A DNA stretch of 64,000 nucleotides from NCBI GenBank assembly GCA_965153285.1, contig OZ229111.1. One strand, 5' to 3'. Under the pieces are notes generated by a model. That model worked only from the letters and a program-made list of their open reading frames with translations. It was not told where the DNA came from and ran no database searches. Below are positions 51,133 to 63,660 of the stretch, piece by piece. The translations under genes and the position numbers were made by a program. Source of the DNA: Podarcis tiliguerta (taxonomy: Eukaryota). The first letter of the stretch is position 1, and each line of letters starts with the position of its first letter.

Positions 51133-51289
51133 TTTTAGATATTTGAAGGCTGATGTCCCTTAATCATATCCAAGATGGCTTCCAAATCCTGAACTATCCT
51201 GGCCAACCTTCTTTTTCTCATAGCCACACAGTTGGAGCCAATAGGGTCAGATAGCCTGTGTTAAGGGATTTGTTGTTTTATATGCCTGT

Positions 51290-51466
51290 TGTCTTTGTCC
51301 ATGGAGTTTTCTTGGCAGGGATACTGGAGTGGCTTGCCAGTTCCTCCTCCAAGTGGATCACATTTGGTCAAAACTCTCCACTATGACCTGTTCATCTTGG
51401 GTGCCCTGCTTGGCATAGTTCATAGCTTCTCTGAGTTATTCAAGCCCCTTCACCACGGCAAGGCAA
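51290..51466 (-). mobile_element. BovB-like fragment (5' region)
   Basis: GTCCATGGAGTTTTCTTGGCAGGGATACTGGAGTGGCTTGCCAGTTCC resembles BovB sequence as I recall it. Confidence 0.6.
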
Positions 51467-52518
51467 GGGATATGTCTCTTGAATTCTAAGGCAAAACAAA
51501 AAATCCTCGTAGTGAACACAAAAATGCACACACACACACAGAGGGAGAGAGAGAGAGAGAGAGAGTGTCTCTCACTATGCTTAGCTTAAACTGCAGCACT
51601 CAGAAATGGTAAGTGACAGATCCGGGCACCTCTACCATAACCTGAAGACTCAGGAAAGTGAGGAGTTTATGTTTTCAATCTCTTCCCATTCTGCTATGGA
51701 ACAGTTGCTTGGCGCTGGGTGAGTCGTGGGATCCCAGAGGGCAGAATAACTTTGGAAGGGGGTTGTGGAAGTTCAAAACATCTGAGAAACACTGCCGCAC
51801 ACATCACGGGATCTGTCCATGAGTGGCTATAAAGCTGCCCTCAGAGAAGGAGAGCGAGTCCTTGGCAGGCAAACAATGTGCGACTGTCCAGAGAAGATGC
51901 GTCCCTGTTCATCTCTCCATGAGTATCACCAAGAGCCTTTCATGGCTTATAATACAAACAGTTTCGGAGGCTTCTGAAGTGGAGATAACATTTGCATTGG
52001 ATTTCACCCGTTTGTATCTTCTCTCCAAAGTCCTAAGATTGGCTCAGTTGGCACACATTAATTCTGTGTTTTGCTTTTTAATGGGTCTGAGACTGCATAG
52101 TAACATTTGACTTAAATGTCTGTGAGTAGCCCAAACCAGAGACATTTTCTCTCTTTTTAACCCAAGGCAGCCATTAAGGCTGCAATCTCCAATGGGCGCC
52201 TGCTTGGTCCATATTTGTTTGCGCAGGTGGAAACAATTAATCCTTTCTTTTGCTTCCTGCTGGCTTCCCACTGTTAAATCCCTACCTCAGATTTAGGCAC
52301 AACCAATAACAATACCCCCCCCCCATTTAAAAGGCCATAGATAGTTTAATTAGTCAAAGGCCTGGGAAAAGAATGTTTTGAACTGGTGCCTACAGATATG
52401 TAACAAATACAGAGGTAAGCCTCCCTGGGGAGAGCATTCCACAAGTGGGGAGCCACCACAGAAAAGGCCCATTCTCGTGTTGCCACCTTCCAGACCTCTC
52501 AAGGACTCACACAAAGAA

Positions 52519-52789
52519 TTTGCAGAAACAAGAAAAGAATATTGACTCGATGGTAGGATTTAAATAAACATTCACAATTTTATGGCTAGGGAACAAATAT
52601 TATAACAAAGGGAAAATATGATATATTGTAAAAAAAAACAGCAAAATACAATGGAGAGGATAACAAATCAGAAATGGAAGTTGATGGAAGTCAAAAGTGA
52701 GGCAGGGGAATATGTTATACAAACTGTATGTTATAGATAGAAGTATATTTGTGATGAGAAAAAAGAAAATTATAAAAATTATATTAAAA
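52519..52789 (+). mobile_element. L1-like LINE 3' fragment
   Basis: 18-bp TSD AAGGACTCACACAAAGAA (52501-52518 / 52790-52807); A-rich 3' end; starts with LQKQEKNIDSMVGFK*, similar to the L1 C-terminus at 62178. Confidence 0.7.
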
Positions 52790-53351
52790 AAGGACTCACA
52801 CAAAGAAGGGCCTCAGATGATGAGTGCAGGGTCCAGGTCAATTCATATGGGGAATGGCGGTCCTTGAGGCCTTGCGGACTTGCAGCACTTTGAATTGGGC
52901 CTGGAAATTAATTGGTAGCCAGTTGGACTAGGATTGGTGTGAAATGCTCAAACCATCTTGCCCCCAGTGAGCAACCTGGCTGCTGAATTCTGCACCAGTT
53001 GAAGTTTCTGAAACATCTTCAGAGGCAGCCCCACATACAACCAATAATTTGTAATAAATTTGTTGTCTGCGTTTTTTCAGTTGATTTAGGACGAATCTGA
53101 TGCGCTGAATCCAAAAATCACATTGGTTTTGCTCAATCAGGTCAGGCCACATTGAGCTATGGCCACATGTCGTTTTTTTACATTTTTGTTCACATGTACA
53201 CTTGTGTGGAGCATTTAGAAGAAGTTGGTGGGGGTAAAATGCCATGTCAAATAATTGTTTTGATTGGAAATGATTATTTTAATGACAAGAAGTATTCAGG
53301 TCCGATAGTTCTGGGTGATTATGTCGAAAAGGGATCAGTTTGAAGTCATAA

Positions 53352-54371
53352 AACCTCTGTTTTTTCTCGGAAGAGAAGGACTTGGTGTACTGTGCAGATA
53401 TTGCGCAGCTTCTGCTCAAGCTTGGAGTGCCACGGTACAAACCCAAAGATTGGAGACTGTTCATTGACAGCAGCAAGCGATCACCGAAATGTGTTCTGCT
53501 ACACAACGGCAACCAGTTTGCCTCTATACCCCTGGCTCACTCGAGTACACTGTAGGAGAACTATGAAGCGGTGAAGTATGTGCTGGAGAAAATTGGTTGT
53601 GATCAGCATAAGTGGTTTATTTGTGTTGACCTGAAGATGGTGAACTTTTTGTTGGGACAACAGTCTGGCTTCACCAAGTACCCATGTTTTCTGTGCATGT
53701 GGGATAGTAGGGACCGTGCTCAGCATTACACGAAGAAGGACTGGCCTGTGCGGGAGGAATGGGTGCCTTGCAGAAAAAGGAACGTCATCAACGACCCTCT
53801 GGTGGACAGAATACTCTTCCCACCGCTGCACATCAAGCTCGGCTTAATCAAGCAGTTCACCAAGGCTCTGGACAAGGATGGTGACTGCTTCACTTACTTG
53901 TGCCAGACTTTTCCAGGATTGACCATGGAGAAGTTGAAAGCTGGCATCTTTGACGGTCCTCAAATCCGTCAGCTCATCAGAGATCCAGAGTTCAGAAACT
54001 CAATGAACGAAGTGGAACTGGAAGTGTGGAAGGCATTTCTTCTGGTAGTGAAGAACTTTCTTGGCAACAATAAAGCCAGAAACTATGCAGAACTTGTCAA
54101 CAACATGCTGACTGCTTTCAGAAACCTGGGCTGCAACATGAGCATCAAAATGCACTACCTATTTTCACATATGGACCAGTTTCCTGAGAACCTGGGTTCA
54201 ATGAGTGATGAGCAGGGGGAGAGATTCCATCAGGACATGAAAGAGATGGAGACCAGGTATCAGGGTCGCTGGGACACAGTCATGATGGCTGATTACTGTT
54301 GGACTCTGAAGAGAGACCTCTCTGCCGCTGAGCATTCCAGGAGTTCCAAGAAACGGAAGTTCAAGCCCTGA
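53352..54371 (+). pseudogene. Chapaev3 DDE transposase catalytic core, 5'-truncated, one premature stop
   Basis: One frame: ...WRLFIDSSKRSPKCVLLHNGN...STL*ENYEAVKY...CVDLKMVNFLLGQQSGFTKYPCFLCMWDSR...PPLHIKLGL...GIFDGPQIR...SDEQGERFHQD...MMADYCW...KKRKFKP; TAG at 53553-53555. Confidence 0.88.
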
Positions 54372-54410
54372 AGTTTGAAAAATGGTGACGCAACATGCAA
54401 TTTACGTGTA

Positions 54411-54777
54411 CAGTGGTGCCTCGCAAGACGAAAAGAATCCGTTCCGCGGGTCTTTTCGTCTTGCGGTTTTTTCGTCTTGCGAAGCAAGCCCATTGACGGA
54501 GTAGCACTATTAGCGCTATTGACATTTTAAGGGCTAAAAACGGCTTTTTAACGCTTGGGAGATTAGCGGTTTTGCTGCTAAAATGCTTTTAGCAGCTTAG
54601 CGATTCAAAATAAGGGGTTTTGGAGCGGGAAAAAAATTCAAATTTTTTCGTCATTTTTCGTCTTGCGAAGCAAGCCCATATGGAAATTTGTCTTGCGAAG
54701 CGCCTCTGCAAACGGAAAACCCTTTCGTCTTGCGGGTTTTCCATCTTGCGAGGCATTCGTCTTGCGGGGCACCACTG
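54411..54777. mobile_element. Tc1/mariner (pogo/Tigger-like) MITE inserted in the Chapaev3 element
   Basis: TIR CAGTGGTGCCTCGCAAGACGAA / TTCGTCTTGCGGGGCACCACTG; TA on both sides; near-identical to 37585-37952. Confidence 0.9.
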
Positions 54778-57184
54778 TACTTACCTTTATCAATGCCCAC
54801 CATTCAGTTTACAGTAAACCTGACCTGATGGAGAGAAACGGATGCCATTTCCTGATTCAGCAGTGCAAAAATACCCTAAATCAGTTGTAGAAATCTAGAC
54901 AACATTCAAAAAGTAAAAAATTGTTGCCCAGTGATAATCTAACCCAGTAGTTACCAGAGCATTCCTATCTGGATTGAGCTTCAGTTTGTTGGCTCTTATC
55001 CAGTCCATTACCGAGGCAAGACAACAGTCTAGCCCACCCACTGCCTCACCTGCAGATGTAAAGGAGAAGTAGACCTGTGTGTCATCAGCATATTGCTGAC
55101 AGTGTGTACTCCAAAATGATGGATGACTCCATTCATGCAGTTAAACAGCACGGGGGATAAAACAAAACTATGAGGAACCCCACAGTGAAGAGTCAAAGAA
55201 CACTTACCAAGCATCAGCCTCTGGAAATGACTGTCCGAGTTGGACCAGAACCACTGCAAAGTGGTGCTGCCCATTCCTAACTCTGACAGCTGCTCCAGGA
55301 TACCATGATAAATGGTATTGAAAGCCACTGAGGGGTTGAGGAGACAGGGACACATTTCCCCTGTGTGTCTCACAACAGAGGTCACCATACAGGGTGACCA
55401 AAGCAGTTTCTGTGTCAAAAGCAGGCCTAAACCCCAATTAAAATGAATCTAAAACATCTGTTTTCTCCAAGAGCATCTTGATCTGGACCATGGCTCAAGA
55501 ATCTTGCCCAAGAAGGGGAGATTGGCACCTGGCCAGTAATGACTTAGATTTTCCAAATCCAGGGAGGGTTTCTTGAGGAGTGGTTTTACCACTGCCTCCT
55601 TCAAGCAGAATGAACTCTGATGAACCACAGCAACTCCCCCTGCCCTGCCCTCTACCCTCGCTTGATGCTGCAAGGAGTACCCAGTAGGGCAGACCTGAGT
55701 ATCTCCCCCACCCAGGTCTTGGTGATGACCTGACATTTATAGTAGTAGCATCACCACCACGCTATGCGGCCCTGTGGAAGAACAACCAACCATAACATAG
55801 GACTGTAGGGAATTGGGGGCAGGCACCAGATACAACCACCTGTTGCTCCATCTCTGCTTCTCCCCTTGATCACTTCGGTGCTAGATAACTGCCATTATCC
55901 CAGCTCATGTAAAAACAGGTGTGGGGAGGAACAACTTGGGATTTAAGATAGCCAGTTTGAGCCATTTATTACTGCCACCACTGCATTCAGAACTCAAGCA
56001 AGACACAGATGCAAGCCGGAAATATTTTCCCCTGGGTTGTATTTGAATTAAGACAGCAGAAGCTGCCACCAGCTTCCAAGATTGCAGCAGCACTTCCACC
56101 AGCTCCTTTGATCACAGCAGTCCCTGTTATCTGCTGCTAGCTGTATCTGTGTGCAGGTCTGTTCATGTTGCCATTTCCCCACATGATCCTGTATCCAGGA
56201 ACAGTCAAGGTGACCTGTGAAGTGTAGTAAAAAGCTGCTTATTTCTCCCACTTATGTCCTGAAAGGTAACCTATATTCCAAGCAACTTACATAAAGAACT
56301 CCAGCACATTCTGACTCAGCTATGCGGGCATGTTCAACGTAAGGCAAATTTCTCTGTATACATTTAATGTCTGCTGTTTACAATTTGCATACCAGGCAGC
56401 CCTTCCACAGATGTTTGTGTTTTCTATTCTTTGTCCAGCAAATTCAAACAATCTTAAATATGAGCTGGGCTTTGCACAGGTAAGCAGTTTACCATGCAGT
56501 ATCGCCACCCTGGTCCAGCTGCAATGAAGCTTGGGAAGCAGAGTTGATTCCACTCTTGTCCCATAATACCAGGTTCACCCTCTTACTTCTAGGCTTTCAA
56601 GCACAGACTTTTAACTGATTATTACTTGGCTTCTGGCTAAGTTGAAAAATCTCACATCAGTTACAAGAATTGTGGGATGGGTTTTAAAGGGTAGCAGAGA
56701 ATGTATTAATTGCAATTTATCGCTTCAGGCTCCTGTATGTGTGGGTTGAACAGAGTTTTAAAAATCCCAACCTTGACAGCAAAATTAAAAGCATAGGTAC
56801 TAGGCTGCAAAGCCTCCATTTGAGCAAGTCTAGCTACAAAGTAAGCTGCTTTCCCCAGTGCCGGATTTATATATAAGCTAAACATGCTATAGCTTAGGGC
56901 CCCACTCTCTTGCCCCCCCCCCAATCACTATTAATATACTTTTTCTTAATTGTATTTGAGTTCAACAATTACTTTGATAAAATACATATTTTGATATGTG
57001 CAAATGGCTTTAGATACCTATTAGGTCCATAAATTACAATATAGCACAGGGGTCGGCAAAAATTTTAAGCTGTGGGCTGGTCCACTGTCCCTCAGACTTT
57101 GTGGCAGGCCAGAGAAGCGGCATCAGAAGGGGGAGATGGAAAAAGAGGTAAGGGGGGCAAGTAGTCCTCCTCCCCACCCCAGCC

Positions 57185-57460
57185 GTTTGTCATTGCTTTT
57201 CTCCCAAGAAGCAGGCGTCTTTTAATTTCGCAGCTGCTGTCACCATCTGCAGTGATCATAGAGCCCAAGAAAGTAAAATCTCTTCCCCTTCTATTTGCCA
57301 AGAGGTGATGGGACCAGTGGCACCATGATCTTAGTTTTTTTGATGTTGAGTTACAGACCACATTTTGTGCTCTCCTCTTTCACCCTCATTAAGAGGTTCT
57401 TTAATTCCTCTTCACTTTCTGCCATCAAAGTTGTGTCATCTGCATATCTGAAGTTGTTAA
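57185..57460 (-). mobile_element. BovB RT fragment, inverted relative to the adjacent 3' portion
   Basis: Minus strand NNFRYADDTTLMAESEEELKNLLMRVKEES...DFTFLGSMITADGDSSCEIKRRLLLGRKAMTN. Confidence 0.88.
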
Positions 57461-57509
57461 CAAATAAACTACTGCCCCCCCCAAAAAAAAACTGGGGAGG
57501 GGGAAGGAA

Positions 57510-57901
57510 GATCGCCGAAGAATTGATGCTTTTGAATTATGGTGCTGGAGGAGACTCTTGGGAGTCCCATGGACTGCAAGAAGATCAAACCGATCCATTC
57601 TTAAGGAAATCAGCCCTGAGTGCTCACTGGAAGGACAGATCATGAAGCTGAGGCTCCAATACTTTGACCACCTCATGAGAAGAGAAGACTCCCTGGAAAA
57701 GACCCTGATGTTGGGAAAGATGGAGGGCACAAGGAGAAGGAGACAACAGAGGACGAGATGGTTGGACAGTGTTCTCGAAGCTACCAGCATGAGTTTGACC
57801 AAACTGCGGGAGGCAGTGGAAGACAGGAGTGCCTGGCATGCTCTGGTCCATGGGGTCACGAAAAGTTGGACACGACTAAATGACTAAACAACAACAACAA
57901 C
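57510..57901 (+). mobile_element. BovB (RTE) LINE 3' portion
   Basis: IDAFELWCWRRLLGVPWTARRSN...LEKTLMLGKMEG...HGVTKSWTRLND followed by a (CAA)n tail. Confidence 0.92.
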
Positions 57902-59658
57902 TGCCCAACAAACCTAGATCATGTCTAACTTCAAGTGTAACTGCACTTTTAAAAAATTGAGCAAAAAGATTATTCTAGAACACTAAGAATTTTTTTTTAA
58001 TTAGTTCTTGATTTGTATCCAGCTCTTTGCTCAGAGAACGCCTTTTATCTGTGGATGCCCCCCCCCGTCTCCCCACAATCTCGTTTTATTGTTTATCCAT
58101 TGAAATGTTACTGCGTCTTTCACCCTAACAATGGAGAAGCTGTTTTGCCTGCACATAGCACACCCTTTGTTTCAAAGGAAAATATGAATGAGGAAATTCG
58201 ATAGCCCTGGCTTTCATGGTTCTGTTTGTTGTACAATGCAAGATTGCATTCCAGGAGCAGATTCACTTGGTCAGAACAGTTTAAAAATATCACCAGTTCT
58301 CACAATGGAGGGTTAGCTCACTACCGTTCAGCTATGAAGCATGACTTTCTCTTCACATTGTTCATTCTCATATTTTTCCGGCTCATTCGGCATTGCTGCT
58401 CTTTCTCTCCACCTGTATTGCAACATGATGCCACACCTTATTTACAACAGTGAAGCCTGGCTGTCACTTAAATTGCTTTTAACCATAAGTTTGGTTGGGA
58501 AGGAACATCTGGGTGGAAATCTGCTTGCGTTAGGAGTTAAGTCACTCAGCAGAAGTTGAACTTTATGCTGAATCCTGGTTGGAGAAGTTTACCCTGCATA
58601 TAACCACACTGAGATTCTGAGTTTAGAAAAAATAAGAAAGCTATGTTTATTATGGGAATACACGTCTGACTGGAAAGGTCCTAGTTCTATTTAACTAAGG
58701 TGGAGATGCCTTGAGCCATGTTTGCTCTTGCGTCTCAACAGGAAAGACACAAAAGACATGTCCTCTCCCAAGTTGAGAATGAAGAAGGAGGAAATGAGGT
58801 CAGCAACCCTAAGAGTATCAGTCTAGTACCTGAGGGCAGGTCAGCACAAGTTTGGTCAGAAAGGGCATTCCAGGACACTTGTCCCTGTACTCTACTTAAC
58901 TGAACTTAAAAATGTGTAGTTGAAACACAAGCACATTCCACCCTTAATTCCCCCCGCCTTCATTTCTCTCCCCCAATATATGAATTTTAGATTGATAGCA
59001 CCTCAGGACAAGGGTCTCATCCTTTCAGACTTTTTAAATTGCTGTGTGTGGTGCAGCAATAATAATTTACCAGTGCCTAAATCAAGATAATTAATACGGA
59101 ATCCTTGTCTCCATTCTCTATCTCTTCTTCTCTAGTACAAGGCACATATTAGTTTAAGATTGGGACAGTTTGTGCACAACCAAAAAGCAGCAGCCACAAC
59201 AAACACCCTCTAACCAAATGCAGCTCAGCACTCATAATTCCCCACCCCTCACGTCATTTGATCCTTAGATGAATACAAAATATTCTACCTAGTAGATGCT
59301 ATTCGTTGAGCTACTTTCTGCTGTAATATTCATAGAGTAATGTTGGCCTTCTGCTTAGACTTTAAGGGAAACACATTGGCACTAACAGGCTGCTGAGAGA
59401 GGGTACAGACTCAGTACTGTCTCAACAATATTTGTGCTAATAATAATAATTGTTTTGGGTAGATTTGAGTCAGCACCCTTGGGCTCACAGAAGGGCTTTT
59501 CATCCAGTGAAAGCTAATGAAAGGGAAGAGGGGGTATTTTTTACCAACAGCTGCTCTGCCACTCCCCCACCCTCCTGAACAAGGCAGAAGGTGGCATGGG
59601 GACTATGGAAGGAAGCATGAATCAGTAAAAACACTCTGCCTTCCTTTTGAGGGGTACA

Positions 59659-59820
59659 GGCCATAGCTCTGTGTCAGAACATCTGCTTAGCATGCAGAAG
59701 GCCCCAGAATCAATTTGCAGCATCTCCAGATACAGTTGTGAAAGGAGACCTACTGCCAGTCAGTGTAGGCAATGGTGAGTGGTTTGGGTCACTGGTCCAA
59801 GTTCATATAAGGCAGTTCCG
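59659..59820 (+). mobile_element. tRNA-derived SINE (Squam3-like), diverged
   Basis: Head GGCCATAGCTC...GCATGCAGAAGG similar to 27432; ends TAAGGCAGTTCC. Confidence 0.6.
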
Positions 59821-60194
59821 CACCTTCCTTTTCTGTTAACATAGATACCTCCGCTGGCCTCAAAGGTCTTCCACGCACACCACCAGGACACCCCTGGGAT
59901 TCCATCCAATGGTTCTGTAGGTTTTGTTTTCTGAAGGTGTAAGTTACAAATTGAATGAAGAAACGAAGAGTTACAGATGCTGAAGGCAAACACAGTGGGT
60001 GGCTTTCTAAGAGGTAGGTGCTCTAAACATAATGATGTGTCAAGTTAGGCATGCCTTGACAGTTTTACAAAATTAATTCACCAAGGAACCAGTAAAAACT
60101 TATTTAGTTGAGGTCTGGTGATGGGAAACACACATTACCCTAAGAATTCATGATTTAAATTATGTTTTAACATTTGGGTTAGACCAGGGAAGTG

Positions 60195-60300
60195 TTGTAA
60201 TGTTTAATGTTTCATTGTTTTTGTGTATGCTGGAAGCCACCCAGAGTGGCTGCAGCAACCCAGTCAGATGAGTGGGGTATTATTATTATTATTATTATTA
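60195..60300 (+). mobile_element. L2 3' tail fragment
   Basis: GAAGCCACCCAGAGTGGCTG...CAGATG...(TAT)n. Confidence 0.7.
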
Positions 60301-60652
60301 GCTATCAGATTTAATAGGGCTACTGGCTGGAATCTTGGACTTGACAAAGAAGTGTTAGTAGCCCAGGATTTTCAGGTGTCTCTCCATAGAAGCCAGGGCT
60401 TTTTTTTCACCTGGAACTCACCAGAATTCAGTTCCAGCATTTCTCAGGTGGGCACCATTGCCGTTCTAAGAGAACAAGGGAGTTGTTCAGGCATCTATTT
60501 TTCTAGAAAAGTAGCACTGATGGGAGCTAATTGTTACAAGACGACTTATTGATACAAGCCCACTCTTTATTGTTCTACATAGGAAAACCAGTCAGAGGCA
60601 AAGGTCATGGAGGGATATACCTCTCCACCTCCCATCTAAGGATGATGTAACC

Positions 60653-60781
60653 CAGTGCTTTTTTAAAAAGAAAAAATGGGTGCCGGTACTCAACATGAAG
60701 TTATTACAGTAAGGGCCACACTTTTAACATTTGTGGGGGCGGGGAAGGTGCCCTTGAGTACCCCCAGGAAAAAAGGCACCG
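60653..60781. mobile_element. Short hAT MITE
   Basis: CAGTGCTTTTTT / AAAAAAGGCACCG; TSD matches at 7 of 8 positions (ATGTAACC / ATGTAATC). Confidence 0.65.
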
Positions 60782-61033
60782 ATGTAATCTAAGTTGCTGT
60801 GTATCTTAGAAAAGTAACAAAACTGCAGTTTTCTGAGCACAGCACAAGAGGAAGAGAGCTCTGTAAGCATTTGGGGAGTTGTCTCTTCCTAAAGATTTGA
60901 TGTGTGCCAGTGGTATTTTCGACTGGAGTGTTTAAACTGCACAGCCACCCATGCACAGTCTGAGCATATGTAAATAAACCCAGATTTTGCAAAATGCCAG
61001 AAGCCTCCAGCAACTTCCTTCCAAAGTAGTAGT

Positions 61034-61110
61034 TGTTGTTCTTTAGTCATTTAGTCATGTCCGACTCTTCATGACCCCATGGACCAGAGCACGCCAGGCA
61101 CTCCTGTCTT
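61034..61110 (-). mobile_element. Very short BovB 3' end
   Basis: 16-bp TSD CTTCCAAAGTAGTAGT at 61018-61033 and 61111-61126. Confidence 0.85.
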
Positions 61111-62149
61111 CTTCCAAAGTAGTAGTAGATGACAAAAGTGGGGTGGAGGTGGTTATTTGACCTCCCTGCAGGTGAAGTGCTTCTGCTTACCAGGAGGGGG
61201 AGAGGTGAGGTGGCAGTGACGTTGGTGTGGTCCAAACACACCAGCAGAGCCAGTTTGACACTCCACCACTCTCCCTGCCACCTCGGCCTCCACTCTCCCT
61301 CCTGGTGAGCAGCGATGATTCACTTGCTGAGAGGTCCAGAAAGTGTCTCTGTTCCACCGCACCATCTGCTACTGTTCCATAGGAAACCAAATCTGGGTAA
61401 GGTTGTGTACCACTAGGACATCTCACCTGAGCAGCTGGAGACTTATCAAAGGGATTGCAAAATGTACTCCATAGCAAAGGTGACAAGAAAGAAGGGGAAA
61501 TATTTGGAATTGACAGGAACTGCCAAAGCTGATCCTGGCAACTTTGAAGTTATTAGCCGTGAGAATATTTTGTTTTGTTTTTTTTTTAAAAAAAAACATT
61601 TTAAAATGTGGGTACTGTTTTTGCTCCTTTGTACTTTGCCACCCTGGGCTCCTTTCGCAGGGGTGGCGGCAGCAGCGAGGTGGAAGTTAAATAAATAATA
61701 TTTTCACATGTTGTTCAGTTTTATAAGCACTTCCATATAGGAAAGAAGTATGAAACCTGAGCATAGATAGCTAAACATGATAATCAGACATTAATTTTGC
61801 CGTAGTTTATTTGTACAAGGAACTTGTGACTGTGGCTTCCCAGTGTTTGTACATATAGCAAAATAAACATTCATTCGTTGTCGCAAAAACCAAACCTCAA
61901 TTATCGCATCTGAAAGAGTATTTATGAATTGTACCCACCATTGGGACTTCTGGTTCCAAGTGCATGCACACGGAGGCACATAATTTTCTTGATTGCAGCT
62001 CATAAATGTTTTGCAAGCAAATCAGTCCACATACAAGTGCAATATTCATGAATAATGTTGTTTGCATATATTTTGTACATTTCTATGGCCCTGAATATAC
62101 TTATACTTATAGGTGTCTCTGATTTAAAACTATATTTATTTCCATCCAT

Positions 62150-62475
62150 TTTATATATGCTTTCAATAGTGCACATTTTACATTAATCCAGATAATGTGT
62201 TAATTTGTTTATTATGAGTTTGTAAATATTCAATAAATGATTTCCATTCCCCCTTAAAGACTTTGTTATCTTGATTTCTTATTCTTCCTGTAAGTTTTGC
62301 CATTTCTGCATATTCCGTTAGTTTCTGTAGCCATTCTTCTTTCAATGAGACATCTTCTTCCTTCCATCTTTGGGCAAATACCATTCTTGCAGCAGTGGTT
62401 GCATACATAAATATATTTTTATATTGTTTAGGTAACTCCAATCCCATAATTCTTAAAAGAAAAGCTTCTGGTTTT
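62150..62475 (-). mobile_element. L1-like LINE ORF2 C-terminal fragment
   Basis: KPEAFLL...FMYATTAARMVFAQRWKEEDV...EWLQKLTEYAEMAKLT...EWKSFIEYL, typical of squamate L1 ORF2 ends. Confidence 0.8.
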
Positions 62476-63339
62476 GTTTGTTTGTTGTTTTGTACAAAAG
62501 TTAGAGCTCACCAAATCTTAACCCCCATGATCTGCTTACACAGTCTTAGTTCAGCTCTGAAAGTGGAAACAGTGCCTCTGAGCATGTACAGTCTGCCTTT
62601 CACTTAATAAATATAACCATCCCATTAGCTTTCATTTTAGCACTGCTAGATTGACAGAGAAAGTTCTAAATAATCCACATGCTTTATGGCAACTATTCAC
62701 TTTACTTATGTATTATCAATGCCTTGAATGCCTCTTCAAAGGCTCACTTAAAACGAGGTGTGTGTGCTTCATTCAGTTTTGCTTGCTTAACCCAGAAAAT
62801 ATAAGAAAACCCAACACAGACAAGGGCTTTAGGAACACAGAAGAAGTAATGAAGTCAAATGATTCCATCAGAAAGAGGGATGGCACTATATAGCTGTTGC
62901 TGCTAGAAAGACTCAGGACAGCCTTCTGCAGGAAATATATCAGCACTGCAGAATCTCTGTAAGGCAAAGAGCTGTTTCCAGGAGAAAGGTCATCTCCACA
63001 AAATTCCCACAAACAAAACAGGTAGCCTCGGCAAAGGGCGCGGTAGTGTGTCAACAATGTGAAAGGCGGGGCAAGGAAGTTACACAAGAAGCCAACAAAC
63101 ACCAGAGGGCTATAAGCAACAAAAGGATCGGGCTGTATTAAGACAGCAAGACCCAGCATGGCAGAACATTCTGCAGAATGTTTTGGCAGGAGGATTAGTC
63201 ACTTGCCCCAATTTTAATGGGACATGAGAACTATTACAGGCCGGGTGTGATAAGTTCTGTAGGCGCTTTGAGGATAAAATCACTTGCGTGCACACAGATC
63301 TGGATGCTCCTGTTAAAGCAGCCTCTGCTCTGGCGAGGT

Positions 63340-63660
63340 GCCTGCTGTTGTCCTATTGATTCTGTGGGGTCAGTTCCAGTTACAGAGGTCTGAAGATGTG
63401 GATGAGGTGCTTGTGACTGTCCATCCCAGCAATTGCCGCCTCAACTCTTGCCCATCCTGGCTTGTTTGAACAGATTGGGGTGGGAGTGGCTGAAGAAGGT
63501 AACTGATGCATCCTCGCATGAGAGGGTGGTCCCTTGAAGGAGGTGGTGGTATATCTCCTCCTGAAGAAACCCTCCCTGAACCCTGAGGCACTTGACAACT
63601 ACTGCCCAGTCATTGATACCTCTTTTCTAGACCAGGTGCTCTAGAGGCTTAAAGCTGCAG
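63340..63660 (+). mobile_element. Old L2 internal fragment
   Basis: Degenerate CPSWL and LKEVVVYLLLKKPSLNP..LDNYCPV motifs. Confidence 0.65.

Larger units (their letters stand above)
53038..54933 (+). mobile_element. Chapaev3-type (CMC superfamily) DNA transposon, internally deleted
   Basis: Right end ...TTGTTGCCCAGTG (54933); imperfect subterminal inverted repeats of about 110 bp, including ATCAGGTCAGG (53136-53146) / CCTGACCTGAT (54819-54829); transposase motifs; ATA flanks both ends. Confidence 0.85.
52325..55740 (-). mobile_element. Degenerate L2-like LINE interrupted by an L1 fragment and the Chapaev3 element
   Basis: Minus-strand RT remnants: LKEAVVKPLLKKPSLD..NLPFLGKILE (about 55500-55605), CGVPHSFVLSPVLFN, QYADDTQ (about 55076-55096); LINE-like sequence resumes on both sides of the insertions. 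Confidence 0.75.

Noticed and set aside
53571-54371. Functional host gene or RAG1-like domesticated recombinase
   Set aside because: The ORF begins at GTG just after an in-frame TAG that cuts off the first catalytic Asp, and it lies within transposon termini nested in a LINE.
62900-63300. Possible upstream enhancer with SOX-like AACAAT and ETS-like GGAAGT words
   Set aside because: Only short motifs; cannot be distinguished from chance without conservation or chromatin data.
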